Shown here piece by piece: positions 26,926-36,206 of a stretch of DNA of 64,000 bases. The translations under genes and the position numbers were made by a program. The notes below the pieces were generated by a model, which saw nothing but the letters and a program-made list of their open reading frames with translations, had not been told where the DNA came from and made no database searches. This DNA comes from Candidatus Aenigmatarchaeota archaeon (lineage in GTDB: Archaea; Aenigmatarchaeota; Aenigmatarchaeia; CG10238-14; SpSt-28): the NCBI GenBank assembly GCA_039000985.1, contig JAWBMD010000004.1, positions 2,345 through 66,344 on the forward strand, written 5' to 3'. The number at the start of each line of letters is the position of its first letter. Position 1 is the stretch's first letter.

Positions 26926-28704
26926 ATGGGTTATATAATAGGAGTTTCAAGTGGTTTGTGGGGGATATCAAGACAAAGAGGAGCATATGAATCTTTATCA
27001 GCATTAGGAATATACAGAAAAGCTATGCAAGCAATAACAAAAGGTGTTAGCTTTATTCAAATAGACATAGATAATATTTCCGAGTTTAACGAAATGGATC
27101 TAAAAGAAAAAATGGAAAAGGTAAAAAAAATGGGTATTAGTTATGGTTTTCATGCTGAAAGTGCTGCTACTGGTGGAAGATCGGAATATGTTCTTTTAGA
27201 TTCTTCAATAGAGGAAGATTACTTGCTAACTCATAAGAGATTAGAACAAACAATAGATAAAGTTGGTGAAATTGGTGGTACTTACATAGTGTATCATGCT
27301 TCAGAAAGTCCAGGATACTTAGAAATGGGTAGAGATTTGAAATCAACTCGAGTAGTTGATTTTTTTGGTAGACCATTGCACGAATTCATAGAAAGTTTAC
27401 CAAAAGATATAAAAGATAAATTACTAGACTGGGCAATAAGAAGAGTTGAAATAATGGAAAGGGTTTGGAGAGGCAGATATAGAGCAAGTAATAATTTTGA
27501 AGAAGCTGTAGAAAAGGCAAGCCGAAACATAGAAAATTCTCTCAGAAGAGGAGATATTAATGTTGTTCCCCCCGAAATTCTAGAAAAGTTCAGAAAAAGA
27601 GCTGAAGAAATTTTAGAAGAAAAGAGAAAAAAAGACCCTAAAGCTGAATTAGACGAAAACGATAGAAATAAAATAGTAAATGAATTAAAACCATTCATTA
27701 AATCAAAAACAGAAGAGATAACGAAAGAAGAATTTATAGAAGATATTCTTGATTTTTCTAAAAGAAGTGACTTATCTTATGGAACAGAAAGGGTGCCATA
27801 TTTAATTATAGCAAAATATATGGAAATAACAAATGATAAACTTTTTAAGAATATTGTAAAAGCTAGCATTTCATATTACTCAAAAATAGAAAATAAAAGT
27901 GAAGAAGAATTTCTTTCTTCCAAAGGAATAAAAAATGTTAGCATGGATGATGAAAACTTTATAAAAGAATATAAATTTTGGATACCTGCAGTTTCCGCTA
28001 AATATATATGGGGACACTTCAATAAAGATAATGGTAAACTAAAAAATCTCGTTAAAAGAAGGAATATTATAATTGCTATAGAAACAGCTATGGGTGAAGA
28101 AGAGAAATTAAGATTAGCTAATCCTCTACATATTTATTATTTAGTTAAAGAACTTGGAGAAAATTTCTCTATAACATTGGATTTAGAGCATATATTAAGC
28201 GCTAATATAAACCCAGAAATCTCTATAGATTTATTACCAGAAGACGCTGGAAAATATATAAGAGTTATACATAGTGGTCATCCTTCACCTCTTTCACCAG
28301 CTCATCTTAGAATAGCTCTTGGATCTGAAGAACAAATGTATCTATACAAAATTTATTATAAACTAAGAAAGAAAAAAATGGGTGTTGAAAATGATACTTA
28401 CATAGTTTTTGAAAGAGGGGAAGAAACAGAATTCCAAGAATCTATTCAAAGCTTGAGAATTATAAAAGAATTTTTAGAAAAAGATGTGGAAGTAGAAAAA
28501 GCATTTAAGGATCCAAAATTTTTTGGAATAAGTGCTGAAGAATTTAAAGCTATTGAAAGACAAGAGCAAATAATAAAAGAACATGCTTTAGATCCATTAC
28601 AAGGATTAATTGTGGTAAGTGAAGAAACACATGGCCAACTAGGGAAGCTTGCTTTAGAAAAAGGTAAAAGGCCTGAAGAGTGGTTAAGGGAAAGATATAG
28701 ATAA
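26926..28704 (+). CDS. Xylose-isomerase-like TIM-barrel protein with a ~200-aa charged insertion
   Basis: TIM-barrel metal-site-like motifs at the expected spacing (FHAES, VYHASE, AIETAMGE, LDLEH, HSGHP). The start lies 1 nt after the upstream stop. Confidence 0.5.
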   Translation: MGYIIGVSSGLWGISRQRGAYESLSALGIYRKAMQAITKGVSFIQIDIDNISEFNEMDLKEKMEKVKKMGISYGFHAESAATGGRSEYVLLDSSIEEDYLLTHKRLEQTIDKVGEIGGTYIVYHASESPGYLEMGRDLKSTRVVDFFGRPLHEFIESLPKDIKDKLLDWAIRRVEIMERVWRGRYRASNNFEEAVEKASRNIENSLRRGDINVVPPEILEKFRKRAEEILEEKRKKDPKAELDENDRNKIVNELKPFIKSKTEEITKEEFIEDILDFSKRSDLSYGTERVPYLIIAKYMEITNDKLFKNIVKASISYYSKIENKSEEEFLSSKGIKNVSMDDENFIKEYKFWIPAVSAKYIWGHFNKDNGKLKNLVKRRNIIIAIETAMGEEEKLRLANPLHIYYLVKELGENFSITLDLEHILSANINPEISIDLLPEDAGKYIRVIHSGHPSPLSPAHLRIALGSEEQMYLYKIYYKLRKKKMGVENDTYIVFERGEETEFQESIQSLRIIKEFLEKDVEVEKAFKDPKFFGISAEEFKAIERQEQIIKEHALDPLQGLIVVSEETHGQLGKLALEKGKRPEEWLRERYR

Positions 28705-28803
28705 TTTGGATTTTGGTGGATGTGCATCTTCTGTTTCTGAATTACATTTTGAGCATTTACTTTTCAATGTATAAAAATCGCAAGCACTACAATATCTTAT
28801 CAC
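28684..28803 (-). CDS. nop10: Nop10-like Zn-ribbon protein (39 aa, short C-terminus)
   Basis: Absent from the ORF track. The translation is (GTG)IRYCSACDFYTLKSKCSKCNSETEDAHPPKSKLSISFP, which fits the Nop10 pattern C-x2-C...YTLK..C..C....AHPPK. The GTG overlaps the trkA stop (GTGA). Confidence 0.45.
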   Translation of the reverse strand: MIRYCSACDFYTLKSKCSKCNSETEDAHPPKSKLSISFP

Positions 28804-29435
28804 CTCAATTTATCAAAAAGAACTTTTGAATCTAATGAAGAAAATAAAACTAAAGTATCTCCTTCTTCAATAATAGATTTAGAAAAAGCTACTTCTCCAT
28901 TTTTTCTTATTAAAAATAAAATTCTATAACCATCTCCAACGATTTTATCCATTGACTTACCAATAACATTTAAAAGTTTTGTAGCTTTTATAAAAAATAT
29001 TTTTTTATTTGAATCTATTGGCATAACTTTAATAACTTCCTCTCTAAGCATTTCTAATAAATATTTTGCTGTCATTTCTTCTGAACTAAAAAAATTCGTT
29101 AATCCCATTTTTAGCAAAAATGGTACTATCTTTTTTTCTCTAACTCTTATAAATATTTTTTTAACTCCATATTCCTTAGCTAATAAACCAATAAATGCAT
29201 TAATTGATTCCTCTGGAGTTGCACATATAATAACATCAGCTTCTTTTATGCCAGCTTCCTCTAATTTTAATGTATCTGTAGCATCTCCAACAACAACATT
29301 AATTCCAAAATTCTTTTTTAATTCTTCTGCTTTTTTCTCGTATTTTTCTATAACAGATACTTCAAAACCATTATCTAAAAGTGATTTAACTAATGAAGTG
29401 CCTAAAGAACCACCTCCTGCTATTAAAACTTTCAT
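28800..29435 (-). CDS. trkA: TrkA-N/TrkA-C (RCK) K+ transport regulatory protein
   Basis: Rossmann motif MKVLIAGGGSLGTSL plus a C-terminal TrkA-C-like domain. Confidence 0.75.
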   Translation of the reverse strand: MKVLIAGGGSLGTSLVKSLLDNGFEVSVIEKYEKKAEELKKNFGINVVVGDATDTLKLEEAGIKEADVIICATPEESINAFIGLLAKEYGVKKIFIRVREKKIVPFLLKMGLTNFFSSEEMTAKYLLEMLREEVIKVMPIDSNKKIFFIKATKLLNVIGKSMDKIVGDGYRILFLIRKNGEVAFSKSIIEEGDTLVLFSSLDSKVLFDKLR

Positions 29436-29492
29436 AAATAAAAATAAACTAGGAAAATAAAAAGGGGATTTGACATAAGAAAAGTTTAAAAA
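29421..29492. repeat. Direct repeat A (covers the trkA start codon and upstream region)
   Basis: The first 27 nt (TATTAAAACTTTCATAAATAAAAATAA) are identical to 30229-30255. The remainder is similar with scattered mismatches and 1-nt gaps. Confidence 0.8.
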
Positions 29493-29495
29493 ATA

Positions 29496-30041
29496 TTATT
29501 TTTGTTTTGTTTGTCTTTCTTCTCCTTCTATAAAAACTCTTCCTCCTTGCCATTGTCCTTTGTATAAGTTAGTTTTGCCAGAAATTTCGAGAAAAACCAT
29601 GCTTGCGATTCTTGCTCCCAATTCAATCTCAAAAGGTCTGTTGCTTATATTACTCATCATAAAAGTAAACTCACCTTTGTAACCAGGATCTGTACGAATT
29701 CCTTGCACTATAATTCCACATCTATAAAAAGTAGAACGTGGTAAAAACCAACCTAATAAATTTTGTGGTGTATTAATTTTTTCAATTGTTTTACCTAAAT
29801 AAACTTTTCCTGGTTCAAGATTTACACGAATCGATTTACCTTTTTCGTATTTTGCAATTAACTTAAATTTGGGTGTATCACGTGTTTCTATGAGAAGTTT
29901 TCCCTCCCCATCTTCCATTTCATAAACTTCTCCAAGTCTCAAATCAATTCCACAACCCTCGATATTCAATTCATTTTCTTCCAAACCTTCTATCAACCCA
30001 TCTCTAATTAACCTCTTTAATTTATCTATACCGACCAACAT
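29496..30041 (-). CDS. dUTPase / dCTP-deaminase family protein (second paralog)
   Basis: GIDLRLGE and PRSTFYRCGIIVQGIRTDPGYKGEFTFMMSN motifs. Confidence 0.7.
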   Translation of the reverse strand: MLVGIDKLKRLIRDGLIEGLEENELNIEGCGIDLRLGEVYEMEDGEGKLLIETRDTPKFKLIAKYEKGKSIRVNLEPGKVYLGKTIEKINTPQNLLGWFLPRSTFYRCGIIVQGIRTDPGYKGEFTFMMSNISNRPFEIELGARIASMVFLEISGKTNLYKGQWQGGRVFIEGEERQTKQK

Positions 30042-30228
30042 TATTAGTATATTTAGCTTAATAAAATAAATTAATGAATAAAATACCGACTGAAATTACA
30101 AGAAAGTTCTCTAGCGACTTTAACAAAACTTCATTAAAATTATTGGTATTGCGTCATAGTAAAACAGTTAAAAAGCGTTATATACGAATAACTTAATTAT
30201 TGACAAAGTAGTCAAAATTATCAATTAT

Positions 30229-30302
30229 TATTAAAACTTTCATAAATAAAAATAATTTATGAAAATAAAAAAGAGGTTTTGGCATAAAAAGCAGTTTTTA
30301 AA
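30229..30302. repeat. Direct repeat B (copy of the trkA 5' end/promoter, 808 bp from repeat A)
   Basis: See repeat A. On the minus strand it retains ATGAAAGTTTTAATA followed by a 16-codon dead-end ORF. Confidence 0.8.
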
Positions 30303-30328
30303 GAAGCTAAAAGCTTTAATGGGTAAAT

Positions 30329-30637
30329 TTGTTTACAAAAAATGAAATGATTAACAGCGAAACATTTGTAAAGGAAATATTACCGTCTATAAAAAAACAA
30401 TTGGTGAAACTATTATACTTTAAACACAAAGTAAAGCAAAAAGAAATAGCTGAAAAATTACATATAAGCCAAGCACTTGTTTCATATTATATAAATGATA
30501 AAAGAGCCATTAAGAATTTTGAAATTGAGAGCAAAATAAAAAATAAACTTGAAAATTTTGCAAGTAAAATAAGTATGAATAATATTAGCAAAAAGGAAAT
30601 TGAAGAATTCTATGAAGAAATTAAGAATTGCTTATGA
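30329..30637 (+). CDS. Small HTH transcriptional regulator (COG2522-like)
   Basis: HTH VKQKEIAEKLHISQALVSYYINDKR. The start is uncertain: TTG at 30329 or ATG at 30347. Confidence 0.45.
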   Translation: MFTKNEMINSETFVKEILPSIKKQLVKLLYFKHKVKQKEIAEKLHISQALVSYYINDKRAIKNFEIESKIKNKLENFASKISMNNISKKEIEEFYEEIKNCL

Positions 30638-31082
30638 AATAAAAGCGGCTTTAATATCTTTTTTAATAACTTTAATAATTTTTTCAATAGTGAAAAACTT
30701 GGAATTTAAAAAAATTGAAAAATTTAAAGTAATAAAAGTTATAGATGGTGATACAATAGTTTTAGAAAATGGTGAAAAAGTTAGGTTAATAGGAATTGAT
30801 ACCCCAGAAATTGGTGAAAAATGCTATTTGGAAGCAAAAAATTTTCTTCAAAAACTTATAGAAAACAAAACTATTTATTTAGAAATAGATGGCTTAAATA
30901 AAGATAAATATGGTAGATTGTTAAGACATGTTTACTTAAATGGTAGTTATGTTAATTTGCTTATGATAAAAGAAGGCTTGGCTTTTTATTTTCCATATAA
31001 ATCAAAATACTCGAATATACTTTTTAAAGAGGAAGAAATGGCTAGAAAAAATAAAATTGGTTGTTTGTGGAATAACATATAA
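30612..31082 (+). CDS. Membrane-anchored thermonuclease (staphylococcal nuclease/SNase family)
   Basis: N-terminal TM helix, then VIDGDTIVLENGEKVRLIGIDTPE and RLLRHVYLNG. Confidence 0.8.
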   Translation: MKKLRIAYEIKAALISFLITLIIFSIVKNLEFKKIEKFKVIKVIDGDTIVLENGEKVRLIGIDTPEIGEKCYLEAKNFLQKLIENKTIYLEIDGLNKDKYGRLLRHVYLNGSYVNLLMIKEGLAFYFPYKSKYSNILFKEEEMARKNKIGCLWNNI

Positions 31083-31107
31083 ATACTTTTATTTTACCAA
31101 AAAAATT

Positions 31108-31422
31108 ATGGCAAGAATAATTAATAGGAAAGATGTATTAACAGACAATGAAATTGAAAACATTTTAAAATTTTATAAAGTAGTAAAAAACAATGAAGAT
31201 ATCTATATGGAAATAAAAGGAGGTTGGTATAGTCGTTGCTATCCTATTTATTCTAATGAAAAAATAGAAGGATTTGTTATAAAACTAGGAAATAAAGGTG
31301 ATATATTTCATGAATTAGAGCACGTAAAAAGATTTTTAGAAAATAAATCTCAAAACGAAATAATCGTAGAACTATATGCAAATGTTAGCAAATTAAAATA
31401 TTATCTTTCTAAACTTTTATAA
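31108..31422 (+). CDS. Hypothetical small protein with an HExxH motif
   Basis: The ORF starts MARIINRK and contains FHELEH. No family recognised. Confidence 0.35.
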   Translation: MARIINRKDVLTDNEIENILKFYKVVKNNEDIYMEIKGGWYSRCYPIYSNEKIEGFVIKLGNKGDIFHELEHVKRFLENKSQNEIIVELYANVSKLKYYLSKLL

Positions 31423-32131
31423 CTTTTATTCCTTGCTTTGTTATTTCAAATGGATGAATATAAATTGAATGATTTGTTCTTCTCATTTTTCTTATAGTTA
31501 AAGTTCTTTTGAATTCCTCAGCAACTGGAACAAAATCCAATTTTATAACACCATCTACCAAAAATTCTATTATACCACTCTCACTAAGTGCTTCTGAATC
31601 CTCTTTTATTGTTCCTGTTAAAACAGATGTTACACCAAGATCTTTTAACCTATTTATTATTTGCATTAAAGCAACTTTTCTCAAATAATCATCTTTAATA
31701 AAAGTTTCTATTATCGACATTGAGTCTATAACAACTCTTTTAGCTCTTATTGCATTTACTTCACTTTCTATTTTATTCATCAAATCAAAAACATAAAGCT
31801 TTGTTATAGATGTTATATCTTCGCTAGCTATAGATCTAGATGGTAAAGTTGGTCTTAAACTTAAAAATGCTAATAATCTTTTTTCTTCCAATTTTCTAAG
31901 GTCTATATTAAAAACGGATATTATATCATCCTTTATATCTTCTTCTCTTTCTTCAGTAGTTAAGTATACTCCTGGTTCTCCTCTTATACATCCGGCATAA
32001 ATAAAAGAAGCTGCAAAAGATGTTTTACCAGTACCTGTTTTTCCAGCTATATAATTTACACTTCCCTTTACAAAACCTCCTTCAATTAATTCATCCAAAC
32101 CGAAAATACCTGTAACAATTCTTTCAACCAC
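31409..32131 (-). CDS. KaiC/RecA-superfamily ATPase (ArlH/FlaH-like size)
   Basis: GLDELIEGGF and Walker A GKTGTGKTS. 240 aa. Confidence 0.7.
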   Translation of the reverse strand: MVERIVTGIFGLDELIEGGFVKGSVNYIAGKTGTGKTSFAASFIYAGCIRGEPGVYLTTEEREEDIKDDIISVFNIDLRKLEEKRLLAFLSLRPTLPSRSIASEDITSITKLYVFDLMNKIESEVNAIRAKRVVIDSMSIIETFIKDDYLRKVALMQIINRLKDLGVTSVLTGTIKEDSEALSESGIIEFLVDGVIKLDFVPVAEEFKRTLTIRKMRRTNHSIYIHPFEITKQGIKVIKV

Positions 32132-32136
32132 AATAA

Positions 32137-32982
32137 TTAATATTTTAAATAAATAACTTTTATATCATCTTCTATGCCATCCCCATCTTTATCAAAACCT
32201 TTCAATATGCAATAATAATTACTGCCTTTATAATTTTCTAGAATTTCATCATGAAAATTAGTTAAAGCTATTATTCCAGCTCTTGTACCATTAAATCTTA
32301 TACCAGCTATTAAAATTATCTTTTTGAATTTATCAAATGGATTATTTATTTTGCATATTAAACAAATTTCATCATCAAAATAATTTTTATCGTTAAAAGA
32401 AATATACCAGCTTTTGTCCCAAAAAAATTTTATTTCTAGATAATTATTTATTTCATAAGAAATTATGTTTGAAACTGGACCTCCTATTAAAATCAAATTA
32501 TTTTTTTCCAATCTTTCACTTTTTATTTCTGTATCTAGCTTTATTATTAATCTCCCACCAACATCTCCAAATTTACCTAAAAGAAAGGAAAGCTGAGAAG
32601 AGTAATGAAGATCCCTAGCTGAAGTTAAAAATGGGCCATGTGGCAATGGTGAACCTACAACAATATATCCATTAAAAATTTTACCTGAAAAAAACTCTGA
32701 AAAAAACTTTTCCAAATTCCCATACTTACTTTTATCTTCACTAAAATATTTAAAAATGTTAATTTTTGTTGGATAATAATATTTTTCACTAAATCCCCTT
32801 ACTTTTTCCTCTCTAAATACATCAATTAAATTTTCCTCTCTTAGCTTTTTTAAATAATAATAAACTAATTGCTCGTGCATATTCAAGGCTTTTGCTATTT
32901 CATTTGCAGTAGATGGTACCTTACTTATAAAATTTAAAATTTTTATAGCCTTTTCATTAGTCAATATTTTTGGAATTCTCAT
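32137..32982 (-). CDS. wHTH (ArsR-like) protein with an uncharacterised C-terminal domain
   Basis: N-terminal TANEIAKALNMHEQLVYYYLKKLREENLI. It lies 5 nt upstream of the KaiC-like gene. Confidence 0.5.
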   Translation of the reverse strand: MRIPKILTNEKAIKILNFISKVPSTANEIAKALNMHEQLVYYYLKKLREENLIDVFREEKVRGFSEKYYYPTKINIFKYFSEDKSKYGNLEKFFSEFFSGKIFNGYIVVGSPLPHGPFLTSARDLHYSSQLSFLLGKFGDVGGRLIIKLDTEIKSERLEKNNLILIGGPVSNIISYEINNYLEIKFFWDKSWYISFNDKNYFDDEICLICKINNPFDKFKKIILIAGIRFNGTRAGIIALTNFHDEILENYKGSNYYCILKGFDKDGDGIEDDIKVIYLKY

Positions 32983-33056
32983 AATTATAAATTATTTTAT
33001 AATATTTTAAATGTTGTTATAAAAAACTTTATAAAATATTCTGATAAATAATTTTT

Positions 33057-34841
33057 ATGTGTGGTATAATTGGATTCATAGGTAAAATAGAAGCTAATTC
33101 AATGATTCTTGATGGCTTAAAGCATTTGGAATATAGAGGTTATGATTCATGTGGAGTTTCTTTCATTACTTTAAATGATTTAATAATAAAGAAAGATGTT
33201 GGGAAAATAGATGAAGTAAATTCTACACTAGATTTTCTTAATCCTCCAAGTAATATAATAATAGCTCACACACGTTGGGGAACACATGGTGGTATAACTC
33301 AATATAATGCTCACCCTCACACAGATTGCAAAAATGAAATTACTATTGTTCATAATGGTATAATAGAAAATTTTCTTAGCTTAAAAGGAGAATTAATTAA
33401 GAAGGGGCATATTTTTAAAAGCGAAACAGATACAGAAGTAGTGCCACACTTAATTGAAGAAGAATTAAAAAATGGTAAAAATTTTGAAGAAGCGTGCATA
33501 TCTTTATTCAAAAAAATAAAAGGAACTGCTGCATTAGTTATTGGTAAAAGGGGTGAAGAAAAAATAATAGGAATTAAAATAGGTTCTCCGCTTGTTGTTG
33601 GAATAAGTGATTTGGGAAATTTTTTAGCTAGTGATATACCAGCTTTTTTAAAATATACTAATAGAGTTGCTTACATAAGAGATTATGAAATGGTTGTTGC
33701 AACTAAAGAAAATGTAAAATTTTTCAAAGTATATAAAAATGGAACAATGAAGAGAGTTAAAAAGAAAATTTATGTTATAGATTGGGATGCTAAAAAAGCA
33801 GAAAAAGGAGATTTCGAACATTATATGATAAAAGAAATTTTGGAGCAAGCCAATACAATAAAGCTTGCCTCTATACAAAACTATGAAAAAATAAATTTTT
33901 TTGTAAGAGAAATAAAAAAGCATAATAATAAAGTATTTTTTGTTGGTGCTGGTTCAAGCTTTCATGCCTCTTTAGTTGGAAAATATTTGTTTTCAAAAAT
34001 AGCTAAAATCAATAGCTTTCCTATATTGGCTTCTGAATTCTTTCACTATGAAAATTTAATAGATGAAAATAGCTTAATTATTGCAATTTCTCAAAGTGGT
34101 GAAACATATGATGTCCTTGAAGCTGTTAGAGCTGCTAAAAAAAGAGGAGCTAAAATTCTTTCTATAGTTAATGTTAATGGTTCTAGTTTAACATGGGAAA
34201 GTGAAGAATATTTATTAATGAATGCTGGTCCGGAAATAGGTGTCGCTGCTACAAAAACCTATACTGCTGAAATAGTTATTTTATCTTTATTAGCCTATGC
34301 TATAGCTAACAAAATAGAGGAAGGTAAAAGAAAAATAAACTACTTAGAAAACATAATTTATAATTTAACAGCAGAAACAACAAGAAAAAAAATAGAAAAA
34401 ATTGCAAATGTATTAAAAAATAAAAAAAGCATTTTTGTTATAGGTAGAGGATTACTATATCCAACAGCAATGGAAGGTGCTTTAAAAATAAAGGAAATAT
34501 CATACATACATGCAGAAGCATTTGCCGGTGGCGAACTAAAGCATGGTACACTTTCTTTAATAGAGAATGGAGTACCAGCTATAGTTTTAGTAGATGAAGA
34601 AACTAAAGATGATATAATTTCAAATGCGCATGAAATAAAAGCTAGAGGGGGATTAATAATTGGTATATCTCCATTTAATAATGAAGCTTTCGATTATTTC
34701 ATAAAAGTTTCTGAATGTAATTATGAAAATCCTATATCACATATTATTCCAATGCAATTATTAGCATATTATTTATCTGTTCTAAAAGGTTTGAATCCAG
34801 ATAAACCTAGAAATTTGGCCAAATCTATTACTGTTAAATAA
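33057..34841 (+). CDS. glmS: Glutamine--fructose-6-phosphate aminotransferase
   Basis: MCGIIGFIG N-terminal nucleophile and two SIS domains (SQSGET). Confidence 0.9.
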   Translation: MCGIIGFIGKIEANSMILDGLKHLEYRGYDSCGVSFITLNDLIIKKDVGKIDEVNSTLDFLNPPSNIIIAHTRWGTHGGITQYNAHPHTDCKNEITIVHNGIIENFLSLKGELIKKGHIFKSETDTEVVPHLIEEELKNGKNFEEACISLFKKIKGTAALVIGKRGEEKIIGIKIGSPLVVGISDLGNFLASDIPAFLKYTNRVAYIRDYEMVVATKENVKFFKVYKNGTMKRVKKKIYVIDWDAKKAEKGDFEHYMIKEILEQANTIKLASIQNYEKINFFVREIKKHNNKVFFVGAGSSFHASLVGKYLFSKIAKINSFPILASEFFHYENLIDENSLIIAISQSGETYDVLEAVRAAKKRGAKILSIVNVNGSSLTWESEEYLLMNAGPEIGVAATKTYTAEIVILSLLAYAIANKIEEGKRKINYLENIIYNLTAETTRKKIEKIANVLKNKKSIFVIGRGLLYPTAMEGALKIKEISYIHAEAFAGGELKHGTLSLIENGVPAIVLVDEETKDDIISNAHEIKARGGLIIGISPFNNEAFDYFIKVSECNYENPISHIIPMQLLAYYLSVLKGLNPDKPRNLAKSITVK

Positions 34842-34850
34842 ATATTAATT

Positions 34851-36206
34851 ATGAGCGATTTAGATACTCTATTAAGAATGTATGATATAAGGGGAATTTA
34901 CCCAGAGCAAATTAATAAAGAATTTGCAAAAGAATTGGGTAATGCTTTCTCTACATATATGGGTAAATATGATGAAATAGTTGTTGGAAGAGATATGAGA
35001 TTTGGAGGAAAAATATTAAAAAATGCTTTTATAAAATCTCTTTTAAATAATGGAAAAAATGTAGTAGATATTGATTTAGTACCAACATCACTAGTTAATT
35101 TATATGTTGTTAAAAACAAAGTATTTGGTTGTTCAGTAACAGCTTCTCATAATCCACCAAATTGGAATGGTTTTAAATTTTTTAATAAAAATGGTTCACA
35201 TTGCTTTTATGGTAATGGACTAGAAAAAGTTAAAGATATCATGCTATCTAAAAAATATTTAAAATCTAATAAAAGTGGAAAAATTGAGAAAAATAATGAA
35301 TTTGTTAATGAATATATAGATGAAATATCTTCAAAAATAAAAATAGAAAAAAAGCTAAAAGTTGTTTTTGACTTAAGTAATGGCACTGTAAATATAACAA
35401 TTAAAAAAGCACTTAAAAACTTTGATATTGATTATAAACTAATAAATACAAAAATGGATGGAACATTTGCTCATTCACCGGAACCAAATGAGGAAAGTAT
35501 AAAACAATTAGTAAAAGAAGTTTTGAATGAAAAAGCAGACATTGGAGTTTTTTTCGATGCAGATGGTGATAGAGGTGCTTTTGTAGATGATAAAGGAAGA
35601 TATGTAACTGGAGATTTAGCATTAATAATTTATTACTTAGCATTAAAAAACAAAAAAGTTAAAGTTGTTGAAACAATTAATTGTACATTAGCTCTAAAAG
35701 AAATAGTAGAAAAAAATGGTGGAAAAATAATAGATGAAAGAATCGGCAATGTTTTTATATTGGAAAGATTAAAAAAAGAAAAAGCTTTTCTTGGAGGAGA
35801 AAGAAGTTGCCACTTTTTCTTTAAAGATTTTTATTATATAGATGATGGTCTCTTCTCAGCTCTTAAAATGATAGAATCTTTATCAAAACTAAACAAAAAA
35901 ATGTCTGAAATAATAGATGAATTTAATAAGTATTATCCAATACCACCATATGAAGCATATAAAATTAAATGCGATGATAAAAGAAAATTTTTAATAACAG
36001 AAAAAGTAAAAGAGAAATTGAGAAAAATGAATTTTGAAATTAATGAAATAGATGGAGTGAAAGCAATTAGTGAAGATGGATGGATTTCAATAAGACCATC
36101 GAATACAGAACCATTAATAAAACTAACAGTGGAAGGAAAAAATAAAGAAAGGGCTGAACATTTGTTTAATCTTGCTTTAAAACTTTTAAAAGAAGAAGGA
36201 ATATAA
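34851..36206 (+). CDS. glmM: Phosphoglucosamine/phosphohexose mutase
   Basis: Active-site TASHNPP and Mg site FDADGDR. Confidence 0.85.
   Translation: MSDLDTLLRMYDIRGIYPEQINKEFAKELGNAFSTYMGKYDEIVVGRDMRFGGKILKNAFIKSLLNNGKNVVDIDLVPTSLVNLYVVKNKVFGCSVTASHNPPNWNGFKFFNKNGSHCFYGNGLEKVKDIMLSKKYLKSNKSGKIEKNNEFVNEYIDEISSKIKIEKKLKVVFDLSNGTVNITIKKALKNFDIDYKLINTKMDGTFAHSPEPNEESIKQLVKEVLNEKADIGVFFDADGDRGAFVDDKGRYVTGDLALIIYYLALKNKKVKVVETINCTLALKEIVEKNGGKIIDERIGNVFILERLKKEKAFLGGERSCHFFFKDFYYIDDGLFSALKMIESLSKLNKKMSEIIDEFNKYYPIPPYEAYKIKCDDKRKFLITEKVKEKLRKMNFEINEIDGVKAISEDGWISIRPSNTEPLIKLTVEGKNKERAEHLFNLALKLLKEEGI

Noticed and set aside
30200-30215. The TTGAC-N6-GTCAA palindrome, considered as an operator for the downstream HTH gene.
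   Set aside because: It is a short 5-bp-arm palindrome in AT-rich DNA, ~115 nt from the start codon, and is easily a chance occurrence. It is mentioned only in the context of the direct-repeat-flanked dut segment.
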